A stretch of 64,000 nt of DNA from NCBI GenBank assembly GCA_000091205.1, contig AP006498.2; one strand, 5' to 3'. Shown here piece after piece: positions 44,422-53,326 of this stretch. The stretch is from Cyanidioschyzon merolae. Lineage: Eukaryota. The notes beneath the pieces were generated by a model. That model had not been told where the DNA came from. It saw nothing but the letters and a program-made list of their open reading frames with translations, and did no database searches. The number at the start of each line of letters is the position of its first letter. The stretch's first letter is position 1. The position numbers were made by a program, and so were the translations under genes.

Positions 44422-45690
44422 CTAGGCCTGCGCGTTTGCCTGCTTGTCTAGCGGTTTCCGGGCGACAATAAAAAACGAGGGTGTAAAAATTCCCAGCTTT
44501 CCGGCCGCGATAAGGTCTCTAGCTCCATCCATGAGCGTTCGACTCATTTTCGCGCTGCCTCTAGGCGCGATGCGCACCGTCTCCAGTGCGGAGACCAGCG
44601 CGTGCGTCATATAGTGCCCCAAACGCGTGTGGCGAAAGCCGCTCCAATGGAAAGCGTTTTCACCACTCAGTGGCGTGTACCAGGGCTTGATGCTGAGCGT
44701 CGTGGCATCGTAGGCGTCCTCGATTTGAAACCCAACTTGTCGCATAGCGTTGACGATTTCTTCTGTTTTCATCAAATCCGGAATGCCGTTCCCGATCTCG
44801 ATACCAAACTTGAGCCGCTGGTGTTCCGAAGCAGCGGCATCGAAGCGATCCGTAAGCGCCCATTCGTAACCGACAAAACGAGCGCCTGGCTTCAGGACCC
44901 GGAAGACTTCACCGTAGGTTTTCAGCTTGTCGGGACTGTGACAGGTGGCTTCGATCTGATACGCACCGTCTTTTGAATTTTCTTCAAAGGGAAGGTTATT
45001 AAAGTCGGCTTTGATTATCGTGCACTGATCCATGAGACCATCGTCCTCGATATACCGAAGGCCACGAAGAATCTGGTAGTCACAGATATTCACGCCGACA
45101 ATCTGGCAGCGTGCGAAGCGAGCAATATTCCGAAGCGGGCCTCCGACTCCACAGCCAAGGTCAATCACCGCAGCCCCAGGGTCCAGCTTGAGCCGTAGAG
45201 CAATCGTGTACTCGTATCGGCGCGTGGCTTCCCGAAACGTCTCATCTGGCCCGTAGACTGCAAAGTGGAAGCTTGGACCCCAACCCCACTCGTAAAAGTC
45301 TGTTGCAATATCGTACATGCCGTTGCTTAACTCTTTATAGCGGCGTTTGCGCAGCGCGATATCCTCTGCGGAGCCAGAGCCGCGCGCAAACAAGGTCAGG
45401 TACTCTCTAAGCTCCTCCTCAGTAGATTTTCCAGTCGTTTTCGTGTGCCCTCTGCGACCTACAACTGGCAGGAAACGGAACAAGAACTCCCAAAAGTTCG
45501 CCGCAGCGTCCGCGCTCTTCGCCGTAGCCAGCTGCCAAAGGCCGCCGTCCTTTCGAATGGGCACCTTTAGCAACGTGAACCGGCGGTTTCTCGCGCTTTG
45601 GCGAGCACCTGTCCCTTTCCTAATGCTCTCGCGTGCTCCAGGTGTACTGTCCTTTGTTCTCTTGGTCATTTTCGTACGTAGCGCTACCAA
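44422..45690 (-). CDS. SMT1: sterol 24-C-methyltransferase (SMT1/ERG6 family)
   Basis: Contains 'YDIATDFYEWGWGPSFHFAVYGPDETFREATRRYEYTIA' (compare ERG6 'YEYGWGSSFHF'). The SAM motif I is 'VIDLGCGVGGPLRNIARFARCQIVGVNICDYQI' (compare 'VLDVGCGVGGPAREIARF...GLNNNDYQI'). Confidence 0.88.
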   Translation of the reverse strand: MVALRTKMTKRTKDSTPGARESIRKGTGARQSARNRRFTLLKVPIRKDGGLWQLATAKSADAAANFWEFLFRFLPVVGRRGHTKTTGKSTEEELREYLTLFARGSGSAEDIALRKRRYKELSNGMYDIATDFYEWGWGPSFHFAVYGPDETFREATRRYEYTIALRLKLDPGAAVIDLGCGVGGPLRNIARFARCQIVGVNICDYQILRGLRYIEDDGLMDQCTIIKADFNNLPFEENSKDGAYQIEATCHSPDKLKTYGEVFRVLKPGARFVGYEWALTDRFDAAASEHQRLKFGIEIGNGIPDLMKTEEIVNAMRQVGFQIEDAYDATTLSIKPWYTPLSGENAFHWSGFRHTRLGHYMTHALVSALETVRIAPRGSAKMSRTLMDGARDLIAAGKLGIFTPSFFIVARKPLDKQANAQA

Positions 45691-45789
45691 CGCGAAGCCC
45701 TGCAGCGCTGTGGGCCACGCCGCACAGAGCGCCTATTGGTGTGCGCCGCTCGCTCAAATCCTGCTCCGCCGATCGCTCTATCAACGTCT

Positions 45790-46310
45790 GGCGTACAAGC
45801 AACGTCCCAAGTTGATCCATCCATCTATGTATTTATACTCAGCAAAACGGATATCTTTCTAGGACCATAGAGTGTGTATAGAAACCTACTGACAGACGCC
45901 CCGTAGCATCAATGGACCCATGGGCTGCAATCAGCTTAAGTTTATACCTGCACACTTCGTGCATCAAAGGCTGCGTCGCAAAATTCACTCGTGTCTGCTC
46001 CGCGAGTCTCGTCTTCAGCACCGCTTTCCGTCTGACATTGATGGCGGTGTAAAAGTCCCAGTTCACGAATTCCATGCGTTTATCGCCTCTGGTGAAACGG
46101 ACGTATGCAAGGATGCCTCGAAATCATACCCTCCGTGCCACTAGTCTCGTGGATCTCTCCTCTTCTTCCTCACCTACTCTTCTTCGCACGACGGTCGGCG
46201 AGAAAAGGATCTTTTTCGTTATTTTTCCGGGAGCCGGCGACACCGGGCCTCCAGTATCCTCGATTTCCATGTACATAACTTTTCCTTGATTCTTTTATTT
46301 CTTCAAATAA
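45790..46310 (-). mobile_element. internally deleted Fanzor-family element (5' conserved block fused to the RuvC-III coding remnant plus 3' tail)
   Basis: ORF 45839..46075(-) reads '...RGILAYVRFTRGDKRMEFVNWDFYTAINVRR', matching the copy-A C-terminus 'RGLLALVSTTNDGKKRMEFVNRDFDAAINIRR'. The DNA below it is homologous to the copy A/B tail ('ggtccattgatgctacggggcgtctgtcagtagg' vs 'ggtccaaaaaaggggaggcgtctgcacgtcagttgg'). Positions 46141-46310 match the copy-A 5' block ('gggagccggcgacaccgggcctccagtatcc' vs 'ggcagccggcgacactgggcctccaggatcg'). Confidence 0.6.
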
Positions 46311-46389
46311 ATGCAGTTCTTTGTGCCCGTAGATAAGGAACTTCCCGGAGGGAGTGGGACTTGCGGAAGAGAGCCGAAACGTGTCCCGG

Positions 46390-46880
46390 TGTGTCATTGT
46401 GTGCCGAACGCTTTCGTGATTCGCCCAGTGGAGTGATCGTCACGTTTCACGATACAAAACGCTCCTTCGATGTGGTTGAGTCAAGTCGCGTACTGAGGAG
46501 TGAAAGGCGGCTCTACTCCGATAGAATCGGCAATAGCTCGAACACATGGGTAATGGTGAAATGCAACGTCGTCGAATGGACGGACGTCACCAGACTTCAG
46601 CGAGAAGTCTTCAATGATTCGACGAACTGTGTTCTGTTGTATATGCCTTCCCCAGGAGCGAAACGGAGACCTCCAAATGAGTCCACATCAGCAAGAACAG
46701 ATGATGTCCTCGTTCTGTTGGGGATCGATCGGACATACGACGATCCGCCCCTCCGCGAATACCCATGTACCATCCGACAGTTTCATCCGAATCAAGTCTC
46801 ATTGACTCAAAAAACAAACCAAAGTCCCTGTGCTTCACATCGATCGTGGCGTTCCAGGAACGCTGTAGGTGCAAATTCTG
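46390..46880 (-). pseudogene. possible Tc1/mariner-like DDE transposase relic
   Basis: Minus-strand frames give 'RLDSDETVGWYM...' and '...DVRPFDDVAFHHYPCVRAIADSIGVEPPFTPQYAT*'. This is reminiscent of the Tc1 DNA(x)H ... PPYSPDLNP C-terminal block. It is interrupted by stops. The resemblance is weak. Confidence 0.25.
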
Positions 46881-47612
46881 TGGAAGATGGCGGTGATTGA
46901 ACTAGGACTCTTTTTTGCGATTAGATTCCAGTGATCTCAGGATCCGCACCATCAAGCTGTTGAGAATCAGAGATGCCGGTTGCGGCTACTATGGTCGCTT
47001 TTGTTGCTCGTAAGTAGTTCATGTTGAAACCATTGACCGAAAGCAGTATCTGATATTACCATTTTTTGGCGCGGAGCGCAGATACTTGTTTCACTCAGTA
47101 TTCCTCAAGCATTTGAGTACTGTGTCAAGACTCACCTGAAGGAAGAATGTTGTCCTTCTTGCACGATTCAGTAAAGAATATATCCTGCAAACAAGTCGTC
47201 GACGATGCATACGGCATGTAGCATCATGATGTCGATCTACTGCTACACACTGAGAAGGAGCATTCGATGACACAGACACCAGAGATGGAACGTAACTGAG
47301 ATGAAAGACGATAACACCGTATTCGATACAGAACTATAACATAAGGGTCAATGTGGACACATTTTCTAAGTGACCTACATGAACTCTGGGGCTGTCGCCT
47401 AACTTTCATAACCGCAAACTCTTCGCGTGGTTTCCAGTGCTCGCTGCTGCGTCTCCACCACACTGCCCTGTAACCTAGTAGTTGCAGTGGAGGCTGCCGG
47501 TGTGGAGAAGCAAACGGGCTGTATACCGTGAACGTGACAGCGAGCGGCGAGTCTTCCTAGAACGTTCCTGTTCGCTGGCCGGGAGTGTAAACCTGCACCG
47601 GGCCTCGCCATC

Positions 47613-49028
47613 ATGTGGTGGAGCGCACTTTCGCGAGCAGCACAGCAGCGAAGCTGTTCGCTGTGGACGCCACTTGCGTGGCATTGGCGTCAGCGCTTCG
47701 ATAAAAAATTGGACCTGAGTTCGCGCTCTGCGAGCACAGACGTCGGGGCCATCATCGGCAACAACGAGAGTATACAACGCAAGCTTGCTGTCGATCCGAC
47801 TCGTCCGCGCGTTCGGAAACGCAAACCAACAACGCCGTCAAACCGTGCTACCGCTTTGATCGACTTTTCAGTGCTTTACCGAGGTCCTCCAGTCAAGCGA
47901 CTTACCGGGGGACTGCGGCGTTCCACCGGGGGGCGGAATAACCAAGGCCGCACGACTGTCTGGCACCGGGGCGGTGGACACCGACGCCTCTACCGGATTC
48001 TCGACTTGCATCGACGTCAGTACGCAGGATTGCCGGGCTGTGTTGAACGTGTAGAGTATGATCCAAACCGCAGTGGCCTCATTGCTCTACTGAGATATAC
48101 GCTGCCCGAGAAGGACGCGTCATCGGATACGACGACGACGACGTCGTCGTCATCAACGACGGTGTTTAGCGATCTGTATCGAAACCTTGCCAACGCACTA
48201 CAAGGAGCGACGACACCGCTGCCAACGTCGCCTTCTCCGGAGCCGAGACTTGTGTATCTTCCTTACGAGGTAGCGAAATCCGGGGCAGGCACGTCAGTAT
48301 CGGAGACTGGTACCAGTGCCCCGGCGACGATCACGGCAAATTCGTCAACGAATGCCTCGACGGCTTTGCCCAGCAGTGACGCCCCTGTGGAGCCATCGCG
48401 ACGCCCTGAACCAACAGTTCACATGGAAACCATTCGATCGAATGTGCGAGTTCTGAAAAGGCGCTCCGGATCCAGCCCCAAAACCCATCTATCGTACATT
48501 CTATGCCCGCAGGGTATTCGAATCGGGGACTTGCTGCTTTCTCGCACAGATGGCCCCGTAGAACCGAAACCGGGGAATGCGTGCCCCCTGCGTTACTTGC
48601 CCATCGGTACCACGGTACACAATATCGAAATGCGACCCCGCTCTGGAGGGCAACTCTGCCGCGCCGCCGGCACCAGTGCTCAGTTGCTCGAAAAGGACGA
48701 AAAGCGCAAACGAGCTTTATTAAGATTGCAGAGTCGTGAGGTGCGCTACATCCACTTGGACTGTATGGCCACAGTAGGCGCGGTGAGTAATCCAGAGCAT
48801 CGCAACCAATCGATTGGCAAAGCAGGTCGAAGTCGCTGGCTAGGCCGTCGACCAGTGACGCGCGGTGTCGCCATGAATCCGGTGGATCACCCGCACGGCG
48901 GCGGCGAGGGCAAGACCAGTGGCGGGCGACCGTCAGTGACCCCGTGGGGAAAACCAACCAAAGGGTATCGGACCGTGCGAAAGCCACGCGGTGCGAATTT
49001 CATCGTACGAAGGCGTTTCAAAGAGTGA
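47613..49028 (+). CDS. RPL2: bacterial-type ribosomal protein uL2 (organellar, nucleus-encoded) with an N-terminal presequence and a ~110-aa low-complexity insertion
   Basis: 'GGRNNQGRTTVWHRGGGHRRLYRILDLHRRQ...VERVEYDPNRSGLIALLRY' matches bacterial L2 '[29 protein letters not shown]...VERLEYDPNRSANIALVLY'. 'VTRGVAMNPVDHPHGGGEGKTSGGRPSVTPWGKPTKGYRTVRKPRGANFIVRRR' matches the L2 C-terminus. An S/T-rich insertion lies between 'LLRY' and 'HLSYILCPQGIRIGDLL'. The N-terminal 'MWWSALSRAAQQRSCSLW...' is targeting-peptide-like. Confidence 0.8.
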   Translation: MWWSALSRAAQQRSCSLWTPLAWHWRQRFDKKLDLSSRSASTDVGAIIGNNESIQRKLAVDPTRPRVRKRKPTTPSNRATALIDFSVLYRGPPVKRLTGGLRRSTGGRNNQGRTTVWHRGGGHRRLYRILDLHRRQYAGLPGCVERVEYDPNRSGLIALLRYTLPEKDASSDTTTTTSSSSTTVFSDLYRNLANALQGATTPLPTSPSPEPRLVYLPYEVAKSGAGTSVSETGTSAPATITANSSTNASTALPSSDAPVEPSRRPEPTVHMETIRSNVRVLKRRSGSSPKTHLSYILCPQGIRIGDLLLSRTDGPVEPKPGNACPLRYLPIGTTVHNIEMRPRSGGQLCRAAGTSAQLLEKDEKRKRALLRLQSREVRYIHLDCMATVGAVSNPEHRNQSIGKAGRSRWLGRRPVTRGVAMNPVDHPHGGGEGKTSGGRPSVTPWGKPTKGYRTVRKPRGANFIVRRRFKE

Positions 49029-49672
49029 CTGTGCACGAGCGGGAAAGCGGCGACGTATCGCGCGTACTGGAGTGGATGGCGACTCCCGGACCCTCGCCGC
49101 AGAGGTGCACCCGCAACGGCTTCCGATACGATGGTCTGGTACGCGCGGGACCGTTCGACATTCTTGGATGCTGCTTGGCGTGGATCGAACGCTCAACCAT
49201 TTGTACCGTACTGAAGCGGTGACACCAGCTTGACGGCACGTATATGAGGCTACGTCTGGCAAGCACGTTATGCTCGGTAAACATCTCGACGCTTTTTCCG
49301 GCTAGACATTACACTGAGCAAAGTGAAACACAACGCTTAGGAGAACAAACTCGTTTAAACGTACTCCACTGGATTACCGCGATGCGTTGGCTGGCATCCA
49401 AGCCGGGTGTTCAGCCTCAAGGGCGCACGCTCGCCTGACACCCGCCTTTGATGCCGGCAGATGGTCGCCGTCGGCTCCCCGGTACGCTGAGGCTCGAACA
49501 CTTCTCCAGTGCCTCTATGCTTCTGATTTTCCTATCCTAAATGCATTAAAAAATGGTCTGTTTGCCTCGACTAGATACGAAGCACGACTGAGAACGGTTT
49601 TGTCGGGCGCACAAGGTTGCTCCCGCGGGCGGAAGCCACGTCAGTCGTAGGCTCGCGCACCTACCTCCACAT

Positions 49673-49951
49673 CTACTGAACCTCCGAGCCAAAGGATGAC
49701 CCTGCTAACGAGTCCACTTTGGCAATGTACTGACGCATGGCATCGTCAGCACTCATGCCTTTCAGGGAGTTCCAGGCTTCCCATTTGGCGCGTTCCTTGG
49801 GGTTAAGTATTCCCGGCTTTCCAGTGTTGCAGTCTCCGACCTTTGCCTGCTTGAAGCGACCATAGAGATACTTTTGATCATCCTGTGAAACAGATGACAG
49901 TGTTTTCACGTGTTCCGCAGCTTTGTCGAATACCTGTTTAAGGTTGCTCAT
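49673..49951 (-). CDS. ACBP: acyl-CoA-binding protein (ACBP)
   Basis: 'MSNLKQVFDKAAEHVKTLSSVSQDDQKYLYGRFKQAKVGDCNTGKPGILNPKERAKWEAWNSLKGMSADDAMRQYIAKV' follows the ACBP pattern (KQAtvGD ... RPG(M/I)ldfkgkAKWdAW ... GmSkedAmkaYIakV). The track start at 49999 is upstream of the conserved Met. Confidence 0.82.
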   Translation of the reverse strand: MSNLKQVFDKAAEHVKTLSSVSQDDQKYLYGRFKQAKVGDCNTGKPGILNPKERAKWEAWNSLKGMSADDAMRQYIAKVDSLAGSSFGSEVQ

Positions 49952-50095
49952 ACTCGTCACGAAACGCGAGCACAATACGCACAGCTCCGAGTCGGGCATC
50001 TGGCAGTGCAGGTGCTCTCGACGGGGGTATCTGGCGCGGCAGTCGCGATCCGCGGCGCTTTCGTTTGTGACGCTCGGCGATCAATTCGTGACAGC

Positions 50096-50101
50096 ACGAC
50101 G

Positions 50102-50133
<32 letters not shown>

Positions 50134-50255
50134 GCAGCGGCTGGAATGCGCACCTAATCGGAGAACGCTGGCCCAAGTAAACGTTTTGTCAATGAAAAAA
50201 AAGCTGGAATGCGCACCTAATCGGAGAACGCTGGCCCAAGTAAACGTTTTGTCAA
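50096..50255. repeat. (GCGT)n microsatellite followed by a ~62-bp tandem duplication (2.3 copies)
   Basis: 'acgtgcgtgcgtgcgtgcgtgcgtgcgtgcgtgcgg' is followed by 'gctggaatgcgcacctaatcggagaacgctggcccaagtaaacgttttgtcaatgaaaaaaaa' twice plus a partial third copy. It lies 150-300 bp upstream of the ACBP start. Confidence 0.85.
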
Positions 50256-51014
50256 TGAAAAAAAAAGCTGGAATGCGCAGGCGCTCTGCATTCGCCAAAT
50301 GCGATCGTGCGGTGCCTGCTTCCGCTGCTGCTTCTCGCGCATTCGGGCCCTGGGCAGTGCCTCGTACATTCGTCGATACTGTACCACACGAGTCGATCCG
50401 GCTGCATCAGAGAGCAGCAGCTTTAGCGGGATACGAGTTTTGGTCGAAGGTAGGTCGTTTAGATTCAAGGAGCTCATGATGTGGAGTTTTGAAGTGAATA
50501 GCGCCCGCGACATCACCCGAGTCGATGCAATCTGCTTTCGCTGATGCGGGAGACGGAGTATTTCCGATCACAAAACGTTTACGTTGACCATGTATCCCAG
50601 ATTGCGGAGTGGTTACTGGTTTTCGGGAAAGCGTTCATTATAACGCAACCTACCTTCAAGTTCTATGGCCTGTTCTCAGATATTCTGGTCGTTTTGTTCG
50701 TTCTATTATGCGCCGAGTTCCTGTCTTACTGCACCCGCCGTGGCGCTTATGCCGTTGAGGCAGATGCTTCACGGAGCTGAATAGCATTGCCATATCACTA
50801 GCGGCTTCGGTTCGAGGCATGATTCATTCGACATGGAGTCGGGCTATATGATTATCCTGGGAGCCTGCAAGCTGCGCAAACAGGCCGACAGTCTGCGACA
50901 GCGTGAAGCGATAAGCTGGGAGTCCATTGCGACCAGGGCGACGCCCAGATGTAGCGTTCCAGTCCCAGTTCCAGAATGAACTGCATTGCGGGCGAGTTGC
51001 TTGGATCTCCCTAC

Positions 51015-53195
51015 AGCTTTAGCTACTGAGGGGTGAATGAAGCACGAGCCTAGGGGACATTCTTGGACATATCAAGGATCCGTACGAGCAGGAATTTCGA
51101 GAGGCCATCAGAAACCGTTTCGCGTCCCACTCCATGAGTATTAAAAAGGCTTCTTCAGAACTAATGCATATGGTGAAGGAGATTTATCGCGACATGACTG
51201 ACATCATAACAGTGGAGGTTCCGGAAGAATTTTGGAACAGGAACTTTATTCGTCACCTGATGCCTGGCACATGGGAAACGTCAAAGAGAGATGAACTCGT
51301 GCGTGCGTTCCACGAGGGTCGCGCCGAATTCCGCTTCAAGGGTACTCGATACAGGGGCGATAGGGATATTTACGACTATGGGGCTATGAAGTATCTCACG
51401 AACCTGAAGAACCATTTGACAACCAACCTCGAACGTTTCATAATAAGAGCCGTATTTGCGCTCTGCCCGGGCATCTCTCGCAAAGGGATATGGGCGATTA
51501 TCAATGACATCACGAACGATCGCAAGCATGAAGATGGGGTCGAATTCGTCGACAAGAAGGAGTCAAACGAGAGCACGAATGAAGCTTCTGTGATCCGTGC
51601 GGTTGTACAAGAGCACCGTGCAGTCGTGGGGCTGGCGAATCCGCCAGAAAAGATATCAGAGTTGAAAAAAGATAAGGAAAGATACGATCGCCTCGTCCTG
51701 CGCTATTTCCTGTTTTTGGACCGAGAACTCGAACGCAAGGCGGAGATGAAACTGAGTGAGGAAAGCAATGAAGAGTGGGAGAGACAGAAGGCTTTCCTAG
51801 TGGGTAAGCGCTTCAATGGCGTTCTGTTGTGCAACATAAAGTCACATTTCGTGAGTATCGACTCCGGAGTCCTCTAAGGCATCATGAAGGAGATCTGTCC
51901 GGAGTTCGATGTCAGCAGGGAGGAATTCACCGGCGAAACCCGTCCGACGTACTGGAAGAGTATCTTCGATTTCAAACGTCTCAAAGTGAGCAGGCAAAAG
52001 TTGTTCACTGGGATAATCGAAACCGATGGAGTAGCCATGTCTGTAAACTATCGGCTGTTGAAGAAAGATCGTCCAGTTCCGCCCTCGGCTTCGCCAGTGA
52101 CGAAGGATGAAGAAAAGGAGGAGGCCGGTCCTGCGACACAGGATGTGCAGGATAACGACCTTGTCGTTGGCGCGGCGAAGGATGAAGATGAGGAGGAGGC
52201 GGGTCCTGCGACGCACAAAGTGCAAGATAACGACTTTGCCGTTGGCGCGGACCCCGGAAACACAAATATCATCACCATGGCAGTACCCAAGCGTGTGGAA
52301 GATGGCGCTGACGGCAACTTACGTCAGAAAGACATGCGTTTGTTGAGATTCTCGAGAGCGAGACACTATCGAGAATCGGGAATCATGAATGCGAGGAAGA
52401 AAATCGAGACTTGGAATGCTGGAATAAAGGACCACTTGGAAGCTATGAGCGAGGTGACGAGCCGAGGAGCGGGCTTTCAAGCTTTCCGGAAATTTATGAA
52501 AGTTCGCGTTGCTCACTGGGATGCGCTGTGGGAAGAATATACAAAGCCTCGGTGGGCTCGTCTGCGTATGAATCTATACTGTGGGAAGCAGCGGGCGTTC
52601 GCGAACTTTTTCAATCAGTTGAGCGCCCTGAAGGAGGATGAAAGTCAGAGGCTCGTCGTAGCATACGGAGCAGGGCGCTGGAAGACCCAAAAAGGGTGTA
52701 CGCCAGCTCCAACTACAAGAACGTACAAGGAGTGTGCACGGCGTTTCGTTACGATACCTGTAGATGAGTTTCGAACATCGTATACACACCACGAGCTGGG
52801 TTGTACACTTCAGAGAGTGGAGATGGAAAAGTGCCAGAGGAGCCCTGAGGAAATCGCAAAGTACGCACCGCTGACGGAGAAGCAAATGGAAAGGATGGCG
52901 AAAGGTCGACGACTACTTGCATTAGTAAGTACAACCAATGATAGCAAGAAACGTATGGAGTTCGTGAACCGAAACTTTAACGCCGCTATCAATATAAGGA
53001 GATGTGTGGCGCTGTAGAAAAGACCCTCCAGAGTTGAGAGAATTTCGTGGGACAACCTCTCAAAGTGGAACTATATGAGAAAAAGTTGAGAGAAGTAGTA
53101 GGTGGCCGGTCCAAAAAAGGGGAGGCGTCTGCACGTCAGTTGGCGACTTCGTGTCTAGGGCGCATTCGCCGCCACTACTGTACACCGCTGGCGAC
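51015..53195 (+). mobile_element. Fanzor/TnpB-like element copy B (5'-altered decayed ORF plus conserved 3' non-coding tail)
   Basis: Homologous to copy A at the protein level and along the 3' tail through ~53195. Copy B lacks the 5' 'ccggcgacac' block seen in copy A and the deleted copy. Confidence 0.7.
51037..53017 (+). pseudogene. Fanzor1-like TnpB-family RuvC nuclease, disrupted (copy B)
   Basis: An in-frame TAA at 51878-51880 falls where copy A has Tyr (TAC). A ~14-nt indel near the N-terminus sits between ATG 51037 and 'catatcaaggatcc'. A 75-bp in-frame tandem duplication (52103-52252) gives '[25 protein letters not shown]|[25 protein letters not shown]'. RuvC-III reads 'NRNFNAAINIRR' (Asp to Asn) and the stop comes earlier ('CVAL*'). 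Confidence 0.75.
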
Positions 53196-53326
53196 TGCTT
53201 TCGACTTTTGAAAGGCGTTCGCTGTCGCTGCCATGTGCTTCCGCAAAACCGCCTCCTCTGAACGGCCTCGACATCCGCTTTCGCAATAAAAGGCTCCGCG
53301 GGGTTTCCAATTGCTAAAACACGAGC

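Noticed and set aside
17748-53017. In-frame TGA (copy A) and TAA (copy B) inside the Fanzor ORFs, as possible evidence for stop-codon reassignment or readthrough
   Set aside because: The two stops fall at different Tyr codons in the two copies. Each copy carries additional independent lesions (frameshift, duplication, catalytic Asp to Asn). All other genes in the window end at standard stops. The pattern is ordinary pseudogene decay.
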